A stretch of DNA of 61,907 nt, filler included, from Trichosphaerium sp. ATCC 40318 (Eukaryota; Protista; Tubulinea): NCBI GenBank assembly GCA_038496445.1. It is 4 parts of 4 records of this genome, joined end to end, with 100 filler letters (N's around TTAATTAATTAA, not from the genome) between each part and the next. Parts side by side here need not be neighbours in the genome. Positions count along the whole stretch, not along the records: positions 1 to 19,350 come from JALMLS010000125.1; 3 more parts are not named here. One strand, written 5' to 3'. Below, piece after piece: positions 1 to 11,904 of the stretch. The position numbers and the translations under genes are program-made. Below the pieces are notes generated by a model, which did not search any database, was not told where the DNA came from, and was given only the letters and a program-made list of their open reading frames with translations. How positions within the stretch are numbered: position 1 is the stretch's first letter; each line of letters starts with the position of its first letter.

Positions 1-1745
1 CAAATTGAAAGAGGAGTACAAGAGATGCCTTGATAGCAAGGCAAAGTTAAAAATATAGTACCCATTATTGGTTTTCTGAAAACGTTGTCATACCTGGTTC
101 CAATGTGGCAAAGCAGTTCTTCCAGACTGAACAGACAACTAGCAAATAAAAGTTTTAATGTTACGAAATCTTGATGTAGAAAACAAACTGCCTGTGGAGG
201 TAGTACTTCTCAGCAAAAGTGGAAAAAAAGTATTGAAGTTGTAGTCAACAAATAACTTTCGGCTTAACGTACCAGTAGGTATTGTCTAGTCTTGTACCAA
301 GTCACAAGACCTTCCCATGTATCTATATTTAAAAACCTTCCATAATCGCACCTACAAGATTTAGGAGTCTTTAATACTACAACATTGAAAAAGATTGGTG
401 CGTACTTAATATTCGACGAGTTTTCTGCTGTTACTAAAATAGCTTTTGTGTACTTTACAACTATACGTCTGATTTCAACGATACTTGCCATCAAACCTTT
501 ACCAAAGAAAAAAGTTAGCTTGTCTTAAATCAACGAAACACTGTTTTTTTTAGATGATAACGTTCTAAATTTAGCGTTGCATGTACCGAGCCAAAGCCAG
601 CTCTCTATGAATGCAATATAGAAAATGAATAGTCTGTCTATTACCAATTTGACAGTGTCATGGCCTGTAATCCGGAATCCAAAAGGTATTGTAAAAAGCG
701 GAACAACCTGTAGAGATAAATAAATCAAAGATGAGTTAAATGTTATACCTTGTAACCAGGTACTGCTGCAATGAGCCCAGCTCCAACACAGAATAAAACA
801 GATAAAGTCATCCAATACCAGCTCAAATGTGTACTTGCTGATTTCATCACCTATAAAGCACTCTCAGATAAAGAATATGTAAAATGTTGTTTGAAACCTT
901 CAATATTGGAAAGTCTTTTAGAAGATCTTCTTCAGGAATAAGCTATAATAAGAATTATGTTAATTATAGATTTAGAACATCAATCACACGTGCATCTTCA
1001 TGAAGCGTCTCCCAAAAATTAATAGCAGCTTCGCGTTGGGCAGCACTCTGAAGTAAATCCTCAAGTTCGCCAAGAACGTCACGTGTTACAACCTTAACAT
1101 TGAAAGTCAGATACACAAAACGGAAAAACCGATCAATTACTGTATGTCTATTATTCAAGTCAGTACTGAACACCAAAATAAGTCCAACCTCTCCGATCGT
1201 GTACATGTAACTAAACAACAAAAAAGTAAGCTGGTTTTTCATTTTTTTTCTACTTGCAAAACAAAGCTTTCTCGTGGTACTACACCCCAAACAAGGATAA
1301 CAACAGACATTAGAGATAAAGGACTAATAAATATTTAGTATACACATACATTGTAATTGCACATACAATGTTAGTAGACCAAGTATCATTGTGTATTTTA
1401 AATGTTTTTCGCGATAGTAATCTATACAACAAATATATAACCCATAAAAGAATATGAATAAAGTCCAAAGAAACGGCACAGTAGCTCCTGGGAAAACAAT
1501 AAGTAACACATGGTATACACGTCAAATATTGGCGTACCTATGACCAACATAACAGAGAACCTGGCTATATTCCATGCCCACGCAGCTAAAAATTTCTGTC
1601 AACTAAAAAACAAGCTCTGAATACGATTTCATTACGCACTATGTGTTTGGGTTGGCCTGATAGTAGGCATAGAGACCTTAGAAAGACAATATCACAATGA
1701 CATTAGAAATAACTATAAAATTCGTACCCTTAGCCCTGTTTGTCG
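1..1745 (-). CDS. Multi-exon gene of unknown function with hydrophobic (probable TM) N-terminal exons; runs off the window's left end
   Basis: Chain of short minus-strand ORF pieces (e.g. LLIVFPGATVPFLWTLFIFFYGLYICC, VLGELEDLLQSAAQREAAINFWETL) separated by GT..AG AT-rich spacers; no family recognised; boundaries approximate. Confidence 0.35.
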
Positions 1746-2829
1746 CTCCTTGGGCGCTCTATCAACCAATCTAAAATCACGTGACCTAAAACGTGTACAT
1801 CAGAACAATATCTCCTGAGATCATATGTGGAAAGCGTACCACACCCTTTTGGTCATTTGGCGAACTAATGGAGTCTTTTCATCAAGTTCTACGTACTCAC
1901 TACCATAGCAATCACAATATTAACGGTTAGGGTGTAAATACATATTAGCGTACGGTTTACTGCCTCTTTCCATTATCTAATAAACCGTGAGAGATAAGGT
2001 TGGTAGGTTAAGTAATAATTCTCGGGGCTTGTGCCGACTTTACTGTGTTTGACTATTACAAAAGGCGTGATTCTAGGATCTAGATACGCCACTAGTGAGC
2101 TTCTGTTCATGCTTGTACTTGCGGTTATACTTGTGAACTAGCATTTGAAAAAGGATTGAAATAGTCTGTTTTATTATTGCTTGCAAAACAGTTCATTATT
2201 TTCGGACTTTGTTGTTATCATACAAAAGAGTTTACCATAAAGCTCTTCAACACATCTTTGCTTCATGGATGCAGCCAAAATAAATTTTCATAAGGATAAC
2301 CATCCCAGGCGCAGTATACATCATTTAAAAGGCATGGTGTATAAGAACACAGCGGCCTACACTTCAACAGTTATGCTCCTTCAATGCCACACATCTTGGT
2401 ACTACAACTTCAACAATTACTGTTGACAACAAAGACACTTACAAACTCACCAAGCGTAACATGATCAGAATTGTCTTTTTGGGTGAGTCGACAGTGGATA
2501 AAAAGGGCGTAAGTGGAATTCTTTAAAATAATTTCGCTACACTGACTCTTTGTTTAGACCATCCTTGAAATTACGCACAGGAATTTCAGTATTGTGCTGG
2601 TCATGACCACACCTACTAATCGATAACTCAAGTTCTTTGGTGAAATTAGCAATCTGGCATATTCATGAGGAGGTACAATTATACACCACGTGGGAATTCT
2701 TGTCATTTACAGTCAAAAAGGAGTATATATTTTATTATACATTCTTCACGCTGTCTAAAGAATATGGTAAAAACAAGTTAATGTAGTCAACAGTTGTCGC
2801 ATTCAAATGGAGGTATGAAAGTGGGCTAG

Positions 2830-3893
2830 TGCTATTACAATCTAAATCAACAGCATATCTTTCAATGCATTAATACCTTCACGTGTCAAATGTTCACAAT
2901 TATTAACGCCTATTGTATGAACGCCCATAAGAGCTTTGAGTCTGTCATCTGTAACTACAGTGCCGTCAAGGTTAATTGCAAAAACACCAGCAAGTGCTTT
3001 TATCCCTTCATCTGTCACAGAAGTACGAGAAAGATCAATAGCATGAACCAGTCAGCGCTTTCACACCACTATCTGTCACTGATGTATCACCAAGGTGAAT
3101 AGTATGAACTCGTGATTTAATACCTTCATCTGTAACTGCTGTTTTATCAAGGTAGATTGTATGAACACCTTTCAATGCTTTGACACTTTCACCTGTGATT
3201 GAGGTGCCAGAAAGGTAAATGGTATGAACCCCCTCCAGTACTTTAATGCTGCTATCAGTCACTGCTGGCATGTCTAAAACGCTTATAGTGTGAACTCCCT
3301 TTAGCGACTTGATGCCATCATCCGTCATGTTTAACCAGATAGATAAATAGCGTGAACACCAGCAAGGGCTTTGATACCTTCGTTTGTCACGTTTTTACAA
3401 TTGCTTATGTTTATCTCATAGACACCCGCTAGTGCTTTTATTCCATCATCTGATACTGAAGTACGAGTAAGGTTTATCGTATGAACACCCCTCAACGCCT
3501 TAATACCTTCATCTGTCACATGTGTACATCTTTTAAGGTTAATGGAGTGAACTACAGCAAGCGCCTTGAGATCAATATCATTGATAACACTGCTTTTCAT
3601 CCACAAGGCACTTGTGCGTCTAGTAAAGTCTGTATCAATATTGCGACATCCGGATAGCAACGAAAATTAGGTATTATTTTCTACATTAACAACTATAACA
3701 GTGTTGTTCATGATACTTTGTACTGTCTTATTTGTATGATATCTGGAATGTCATAGATGTATATCTTTTTGTATCCAACCACTTGGTGGATGATGTCAGC
3801 CATCAAATGACACGATTGAGCTACATTGAATCTAGATTTTGCATCTGTATGCTTTAGAATAGTTGCAATAACCTCTGGAGGAAAATTAACCAT
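2830..3893 (-). pseudogene. F-box + leucine-rich-repeat protein, disrupted by stops/frameshifts
   Basis: N-terminal F-box-like MVNFPPEVIATILKHTDAKSRFNVAQSCH, then many ~21-22 aa repeats (VTDEGIKALxGVHTIxL) split over ORFs 3708-3893, 3331-3660 and 3035-3328. Confidence 0.7.
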
Positions 3894-3945
3894 TTCAACC
3901 ACTTTGTTTGTCAATTGGTGCCTTCTATATTTAGCCATCAGAAAA

Positions 3946-4272
3946 TTAAAGATCTGCATTTGGTTTGTGCACGTACTCTTTTGTTTGTTTGGATTTTGGT
4001 AGTGAGACGTCCTCTGGTTGTGCATATTTTGGCATATTTACATCTCTAGCATGTATTTTATGTTGTTTCGTTGCTGCATTGATGATATCCATGTTTTCAA
4101 AGAGATGTTTGTCAAGTTGTTGAATGACGCTCTTGTTTGCAGCCTTTACAATGTTCTCGACTTGTTTTGTGAACGTTTCAGGCTGTTTTGCAGTAATCTG
4201 ACTGAATTTGTCAGCATGCCTTTTGTGGTAGTATCTTATCGCTTGTTCAACTGAAACAACAAGGGAATCCAT
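3946..4272 (-). CDS. Short intronless hypothetical protein (~108 aa, helical)
   Basis: Open frame from ATG 4272 (MDSLVVSVEQAIRYYHKRH...) with protein-like composition. Confidence 0.4.
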   Translation of the reverse strand: MDSLVVSVEQAIRYYHKRHADKFSQITAKQPETFTKQVENIVKAANKSVIQQLDKHLFENMDIINAATKQHKIHARDVNMPKYAQPEDVSLPKSKQTKEYVHKPNADL

Positions 4273-4550
4273 GATTTGGTGTAGTTTGTAAGTGCTAGAA
4301 CAAGTACAATTAAGTAAAGATGTAGTTAAGTACGCTGAGGCTGTTGCAAACAATAACAAATTTTACGTTTACAATGGCATAGAACTTGATAACTTTAACT
4401 GTTTATTATACTCCATAGTTGACAAATAACAATAGATGTTGCGATTATGTAGATAGTTTTTTTAGAGATTTTTCCGAAGGATTTTGTGTCGCTTGACTGT
4501 TGTTGAACTCAGAGCGTGCGGTCAATAATTCGTTAACTGATTTCACAAAG

Positions 4551-4847
4551 ATGGGAGAGGCTAAGGAGATAACATTTAACGATTTACTATGCCCTTTAAA
4601 CAAAAGCTTTGATTCTGCTGGTCTAAACAGCTCATACGCTCTTGGATGGCAACGTGCCCATTACGACCTTGCGAAACATATTGATAATAACGACGCCAAT
4701 GGAATTATATCATCACCGCAACCAAAATGCTCTGGACACTTTCATAAGGGTTGGAGCATGTCTAACGAATCTTGGCTTAGAGGTTGGAATGATTGTAAGA
4801 CTAAAATGCTCTTGTACGTGATGCAAAGGAGAAATACCCCATTGTAA
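4551..4847 (+). CDS. Short intronless hypothetical protein (98 aa) with paired xGW motifs
   Basis: ATG at 4551; SYALGWQRA ... SWLRGWNDC; AATAAA shortly after the stop. Confidence 0.4.
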   Translation: MGEAKEITFNDLLCPLNKSFDSAGLNSSYALGWQRAHYDLAKHIDNNDANGIISSPQPKCSGHFHKGWSMSNESWLRGWNDCKTKMLLYVMQRRNTPL

Positions 4848-5035
4848 CAAAAATTAATAAAATACTACGTGTCAATAGGCAAAGGAACACGTGTTAAAGA
4901 TAGTTTTCCGTGAAAAGTAGTTTGGCCTAAACGGTGAAAGTATTTTAACTTTCTATTATTTTATCAACCCACATGGTTTGGTAAGTAAGTTGCCCACTTG
5001 CGTACTGTCGTATAAGACTCCACCGAACTCCAACA

Positions 5036-5191
5036 TGTTAAGTTGTACCTAACTTAAGATTCATATCTTCAGCGAAGTCCCTTTTCTCTTTCACTGAATC
5101 AAATACCACAATATTATTTCTCGCTTTGTAACTTTTGTAATTGTCGTAATTCTTAATAAACACGCTTTGATAATAAATCTGCATCATAACA
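5036..5191 (+). repeat. 5' LTR of family A copy 1
   Basis: TGTTAAG...CATAACA, repeated at 11622-11777 and inverted at 51828-51983; contains AATAAA and a terminal TTAAGTT-N6-AACTTAA hairpin. Confidence 0.97.
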
Positions 5192-5193
5192 TT

Positions 5194-5211
5194 TGGCGAC
5201 ACTGTCAGATT
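5194..5211 (+). promoter_or_regulatory. Primer-binding site, probably for a tRNA-Ser
   Basis: TGGCGACACTGTCAGATT, 2 nt after the LTR; its complement AATCTGACAGTGTCG-CCA reads as a tRNA 3' end with a G discriminator. Confidence 0.8.
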
Positions 5212-5304
5212 TTTACCTGCTTACTTTTATCAATTAAGCACGTCCAATATAGTTAAGTGATCACAGCCGTTTTCTGTGCCGAAGAAGTCTAGTCGAGAAT
5301 TAGT

Positions 5305-8300
5305 ATGTTAGAACAGTTAGTGGATATCAACGACGCCATCGAGGTGTATAAGCCGGTTTTTAAAGCACGCGTTGCAGCAGTAGGAGAGGACGGAAATCCG
5401 ATTTTAGCGAATGAACTTCCTGTTTATGTCCAACCAAAATACCCATCAATACCTAAAGGTTCTCTACGCGCCTTCACAGGTGACAGATTAGTAGACAAAA
5501 TCAGCGTTGAGGATTGGCTTGATAAGATCAAGTCCATAAGTACTTTCAGTAACTGGGAAATTACCCAATACGAAATTGTTTTGCATAACCACATCACTGG
5601 TGAAGCACTCGACCGTATCAAGCCTGCTGACGGTTCAAGCATCTCGAGTATGGCTTGGACCCAGATTGTTAAAAACCTGTTAGAGCGTTATGGCAGAAAA
5701 ACAAATGCAGTTTTGAAAAAGCATGAGTTTGCATCATTAAAAATGCAGTTGGGAGAGGATATTGGTAGTTTTAGCGGACGATTCCATATTGCAGCACGAG
5801 AAGCACGCATTCACGATCCAACACAACTCAGAGATGCATTTTGCTTAAAGCTTATGCCCTCAGAATTGGCACAATATGTGCTTTTACAAAGACCAGCATC
5901 AGCCCAAGAGGCCGCTGAGGTAGCTATGTTTCATGTCAGTGTCATGAGTACTATGAAGGCCACGGTACAAGCTCCAACACCGACACCGGTACCAAGCACT
6001 ATTAATGTAGTACAACAACCGAACAATCCAAACATCAGATGTTATAACTGCAATGGAACCGGACACATAGCTCGCAATTGCCCTAACCAACAAAGACGAA
6101 GACAATTTAACAACAGACAACAAGGACCATTTCGTTATAACCCCCAGTATAACCGTTATCAACAACGACCAAGACGAGGCAATGGATTTCGCCGCAGATT
6201 CAATAATAACAATAACCGATCAAACCAACGATTTCAGGGACAACGATCCCGTAACCAACAACAAGGACAATACATACGAATGATTACAAACGAGGGAGAG
6301 GATCAATACTATGACAACGAACCCAATATATATGATGATTACAATGATGAGTTTGAAGAAGAAAATGGTAACTATCCAGTTTATATGATCAAGTCAGCAA
6401 ATAGTCAGGCAACATCGGTGCTATCCACATTAGCCACCTTTGCAAACAAAACAGGAAGAGTCACTATGGAAACCATTGTAGATTCAGGAGCAGTACGAAG
6501 CATATTCCCATACAAGGATATTATACAAATGGGGATCACAAAATTGCAACCAACCAAAGCAACATTGCAAGGAGCTGGACATGAACCACTTAAAATAATG
6601 GGAACGATAATGTTTCAAGTTACAATCGGACTATCAAAACCATGTTGGATTAGATTTATCGTAGTAGATGACTTTGACAAACCACTCATTGGTATGGATA
6701 CTATTCTATCCATGAAAATAACGATTGATGCCCCCAATTATCAACTGATCTTCAATAACAACCCAAACATCAATTCGCCATGCATTCGTGGTCAAACAAA
6801 CAAACAAGACCAAACACTATTTGTTACACATGAAGTAAAATTACCACCAAGATCATACTCATTTGTGCCAGTCAGAACACACTCGCTCACCTCATCAGGA
6901 GTAATGATGATCGAACCAGACAAAAGGTTCCGTAATATACACGGAACAGCAGTCGAACGGGCAATAGTAATGGTACACGGAGGACACACTGGTATTAAGG
7001 TAGCGAACTTCTCAAATGAGACAATGGGAGTTTCAAAGGGTTTAAAGATTGCAACTGGAAGTTGGATGCAGTCAAATAGAATTAACGCTATCAGATCAAC
7101 AGAACTCAAAGAAGCAAAGTCAATAATTGATGATTTAAAAGACATGAAAACACTTAGCAGTGATATTGAAGGGATCAGAGATATGTTTGACTTCTCGAAC
7201 AGTAATATCAATGACGAACAAAAGCTGCTCCTAATGGCATTTCTCGCAAGATACCGTCACCTGTTTATTAAAAACACGAAGCGCCCCCCCAGGTCCAAAA
7301 TGCCAGCACACAACATTGTAACAGGAGATGCACGTCCAGTCAAAAACCAACCATACCGAGTATCACCATCTGAAGCAGACTACCTATGGAACCGGATCAA
7401 CACCATGCTGGAAGACGGAATAATACGTGAAAGCAATTCACCATGGGCATTTCCAGTGGTAATAGCCCCAAAAAGCGACGGAACACTTCGTTTCTGTGTG
7501 GACTACCGAAAATTAAATGGTCTAACTAAGAAAGATTCTTACCCAATACCACGAGTAGAGGAAGCACTAGACTCTGTTGCAGGAGCCGTGTATTTTACCA
7601 CATTAGACCAACCTAGTGGGTATTGGCATATAGAGGTTGCAGAACAAGATAAACAAAAGACAGCATTCACTACAAAATTTGGATTATTCGAATTTAACAG
7701 GATGCCTTTTGGATTAGTCAATGCACCGGCCACGTTCCAGAGATATATGGAAGTACTTCTTAATGGGTTGACATGGAAGTATGCATTAGTTTATATTGAC
7801 GACATCATCATATTCACTAAGACATTCAACCAACACTTGCTTGCACTAGCATTAGTATTCAAACGATTTGACAAATACTCGCACTCACTCAACGCAAAGA
7901 AATGCAAATTTTGTGTACCAGAAGTTAAATATCTGGGTCATGTAGTAACTCAACATGGCGTTAAACCTGATAAAACAAAAATAGAGGCAATTGTGAATAT
8001 GACACCACCTACGAATGTACCAGACCTAAGGTCATTCTTGGGGATCTCAAACTATTATCGCTCGTTTGTAGACAAATATACAGAAATCGCATATCCACTA
8101 TATGAATTGCTGAAATCAGACATGCAGTTTAAATGGACACAAAAGCAAGATCATAGCATAAACAAATTAAAAGAAGCCTTATGCAATGCCCCTATATTGG
8201 AATATCCGGATTTTGAACTTCCATTCATACTGTACACAGACGCCTCAAACGTAGGCATAGGTGCAGTACTAGCTCAAAGAAAGAACGGCATTGAGTCAGT

Positions 8301-10716
8301 CATATCCTATTTCAGTAAGAGTTTGAACAAAGCTGAACGAAATTATTCAACAACAGCAAAAGAGTGCTTAGCCGTAATTAAAGCAGCTGAACGATATAGA
8401 CCATATATTGCCAGCAACAAAGTAAGAATAATAACAGACCACGAATCACTAAAGTGGCTGTTAACCACTAAGCACGTGCGTCAAAAATACGCAAGATGGA
8501 TCTTTGCACTTCAAGAATACGATTTCACAATCGAACAACGGGCGGGAAAGTTACATGGCAACGCTGACGCATTATCGCGTCCACCATTCATCAAAGATAC
8601 AACAAATGAAGAACAAACTGGATTCAGCATCGAAAGACTCAAAGTGTGTCAAAGCCATGACCAGTTTTGTAGAGATATCACAACATATCTCAAAACCAAA
8701 ACATTACCTAAAGACCAAACAACAGCACGTAATGTAGCTGCACTATCAAGATTCATGTGGATAAACGATGATGGAATTCTCAACCACATATGGTTACCAA
8801 CAGTACCAAAAGTCAAAGCAGAAGTATCACAGATTGTGATACCGAAATCATTAATATCAGAAGTACTGATGAGCCATCACGACAACAATGGTCATCTAGG
8901 ATTCTTCAAAACCTTTAATTCAATTAGGTCCAACTATTATTGGCCAGGATTTTACAGTCAAATTAAGAAGTATATTGACAGTTGCAAACTTTGCCAAACG
9001 AAAAAGATCAAGCGAGGAAAACAACAAGGTAAATTAATGCCAATGATTGCCAGTTTTCCTTGGCAATGACTTGCAATTGATATTGTCGGACCAATGAAAA
9101 CAACAAGATTGGGAAATAACAGTATAGTTGTTTTCTGTGATTACTTCACGAAATGGGTTGAAGCATTTGCGTGTTATAACCCAACAACAGAAGTAATTGC
9201 AAAATTACTATTTGATCGAGTCATTGCAAGATTCGGCTATCCGGAACAGTTACTTACAGATCGAGGGTCACAATTCTTAAGTGAATTAATGACGGATTTA
9301 TTAAAACTGTTCAAGATTCGCAAGCTTTCCACAAGCTCATACCATCCTCAAACCGATGGACAAGTTGAGCGATTTAATCATACTCTTGCAGAAATGTTAG
9401 GCATATTCTGTGATCAAGAGTTTCAAACAGACTGGGATGAATACTTACCACAATGCTTACAGGCATATCGTACCACACATCATGTAGCGACAGGAGAAAC
9501 ACCATTCTTTTTAATGTTTGGACGACATCCAAGAAGACCGCTGGATTTAAATGTAATACATGAACAACCAACAACGTTAAAGTTATACAGATCACGAATG
9601 GTTGAGGCCCTACAAAAATCACATCAATTAGCAAGAACTAAAATGCTAGAAGCAGCAGAGAAAGCAAAAGTGAATCACGATTCACATACAAATACAACAG
9701 TATTCAATGTTGGTGACAAAGTTCTGATGTGGCAGTACAACCCCACACCGGGCCTAACGAAGAAATTACAACACCGATGGAAAGGCCCATATGTGGTGTT
9801 AAAACGTATTAACACGAATGCATACAAGCTTAACTTCAAAAGCCAGAGTCGGATGCACAATGTAGTTAGCATAAAATTCTTAAAAAAATATAATGAACGA
9901 GAAGACAGAAACATAGAACAAAGTACTATGTACCCACCGTTTGAAGTCAGTACAACATTAAATAGACCTATTACAAAGCCGCTACCAAAGAATTCAGAAG
10001 AATCAGACTCAGATGATGATGATTATGATATTGAATTTAGAAATACTGGGCAACAACAAACGACAAAAGCGCCACCATTACCAAGAGGTGTAGACGATAT
10101 TGACGTCAACCTTGATAACGGAGAAAATGACGCTACAAACAGCAGCGGAGAATTAAGTCAAAGCGAGAGTGTTAGCGGAGAAATTAGCATCTCAAACAGC
10201 GAAACAAGCTCCAAAGTAAGTAGCGAAGATGATATCAGTGAAGAAGAGGATGAAAATTGGCGAAGATATAAATTACAAAACGCTCCGGTTATATCCGTTA
10301 AAAATTCGGATGAAGTTTCGCGCGAAAAAAAGAACATATCACAAGGGACAATAGAACTGAACAATAATAACACAGAAGATTATTTCACACCAGAAGTACC
10401 AATTACTCCACCACGACGAATTCGTAGGTCACCTAGAACCGCAGGAACAGCGAATGTAGCAGATACATTTCAAATAGAACTACAACGGTTACTTACCAAA
10501 ATGGAAGGCACTAAAACGAACGAACCAACTAACTACAAGCCACCAATGTATTCAATTATTGAAGGGTACATTGCAAATACTAACCACAGAAAGAAACTCC
10601 GAAAAGAAGTTAGAACGGCAAACAGCAAACAAGCTCTTATCACTATTGCTAAAAGATGGGCGCAAGATAAGAACACTTCCCAAATGAAAATTAGGATGGA
10701 GCTTTCAGCAAAATAA
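5305..10716 (+). pseudogene. gag-pol: Single-frame Gag-Pol polyprotein with one premature stop at 9067-9069
   Basis: CCHC knuckle CYNCNGTGHIARNC; protease IVDSGA; RT LRFCVDYR / YIDD; RNase H YTDAS; IN H..GHLG..C..C and TDRGSQF / QTDGQVERFN; the TGA corresponds to CGA (Arg) in copy 2. Confidence 0.95.
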
Positions 10717-10864
10717 GAAAGCCCTGAACAAATCAAAGCCTACAACAGTCTGATTAAAAACAGACAAATACATACAATTGACATTTAACACACATGACGC
10801 AATAACAAATCACTGAACACAACAACGAGAGAAAGAATATAATTTAATTAGAAATACAAGCAAC

Positions 10865-11605
10865 ATGGAGCACCTCTGGAGAACTGAAGTATCTACGATC
10901 ACTGATGATCTTTCAAACGATTCGTCCTTACCCATTCCGGCCATTGACCTTACACCTGGAAGTTTCAGCACCAACGCAATGAAAGCTATACACGAGCTTC
11001 TTGCGCAAATGGTCCAAGACCTCGCTTTAAGACGTTGCGAAGCCGAAACCATCGTAGCTTTTTGTACGACGGTACCACGCATGATTGTTATCGCTCAAGC
11101 GCTCCAAACGCGCCAATCTTCGATCGCACGCCGTACTTATCTGCTGGGCCTTCTCAAAGCTCCGAGACCGTATTTTCAAGAGAGTTCGCCTTCGTATCAC
11201 CCAACTTCGCCAAATTATAGTGGATGTACTTCGCCAATCAGCCATGACATGATAGATCATACTGCGTTACGTTATGGTGATGATGTTTCAATGGACGTCG
11301 ATCCAGACGTCGATTTTGGAGATAATGAGTCGCTAACAAGTATTAAGTGTCCAGTAAACAGAAATGCGCCTTCTCCTGTTCCTACACTTAAGATGCCGCG
11401 TTTTGAATCTTGCTTAAATACCACCGACAACAGCGACCCTCAAGAACAACCGATGGTCACAACTAATGCGGATGGTACTATCCACGTCGATTTCAACAAC
11501 GGTTTCAATAACGTGCCTGACTCATCTGATTATGAAATGGTTTACTCATCTGACGAAGAAGTTGATGATTATATCCCTGAAGAATACTTCTACAATTTAG
11601 ATTAA
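10865..11605 (+). CDS. Extra ORF3 of Gypsy family A (246 aa, no obvious signal peptide or TM segment, acidic tail)
   Basis: Open ORF between the pol stop and the PPT; also open in copy 2 (44506-45227). Confidence 0.8.
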   Translation: MEHLWRTEVSTITDDLSNDSSLPIPAIDLTPGSFSTNAMKAIHELLAQMVQDLALRRCEAETIVAFCTTVPRMIVIAQALQTRQSSIARRTYLLGLLKAPRPYFQESSPSYHPTSPNYSGCTSPISHDMIDHTALRYGDDVSMDVDPDVDFGDNESLTSIKCPVNRNAPSPVPTLKMPRFESCLNTTDNSDPQEQPMVTTNADGTIHVDFNNGFNNVPDSSDYEMVYSSDEEVDDYIPEEYFYNLD

Positions 11606-11608
11606 TCT

Positions 11609-11621
11609 AGACAAGGAGGAA
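11609..11621 (+). promoter_or_regulatory. Polypurine tract
   Basis: AGACAAGGAGGAA directly before the 3' LTR. Confidence 0.8.
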
Positions 11622-11777
11622 TGTTAAGTTGTACCTAACTTAAGATTCATATCTTCAGCGAAGTCCCTTTTCTCTTTCACTGAATCAAATACCACAATAT
11701 TATTTCTCGCTTTGTAACTTTTGTAATTGTCGTAATTCTTAATAAACACGCTTTGATAATAAATCTGCATCATAACA
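11622..11777 (+). repeat. 3' LTR of family A copy 1
   Basis: Direct repeat of 5036-5191, followed by TSD CAACA. Confidence 0.97.
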
Positions 11778-11904
11778 CAACAAGGAGTGTGTTAATACAC
11801 TTTTGGCATAGTGGTTTATAAGATGCGACAGTACCACATACCGTATTGAGTGTGGAAAGTTCCTTTTTGGATTTATTATTGTCACAAGTTCGTTTGGAAG
11901 AAAA

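Larger units (their letters stand above)
5036..11777 (+). mobile_element. Full-length Ty3/Gypsy LTR retrotransposon, family A, copy 1
   Basis: Two apparently identical 156-bp TG..CA LTRs, 5-bp TSD CAACA (5031-5035 / 11778-11782), PBS, PPT, gag-PR-RT-RH-IN order. Confidence 0.98.

Noticed and set aside
1780-2760. Possible plus-strand spliced gene; similar fragments at 23000-23900
   Set aside because: Exon-like pieces contain stops and no recognisable motif
9064-9072. Programmed stop-codon readthrough (CAA TGA CTT) in integrase
   Set aside because: Copy 2 has CGA here; a CpG transition is the simpler explanation
10865-11605. env gene
   Set aside because: No signal peptide, TM anchor or fusion-protein features
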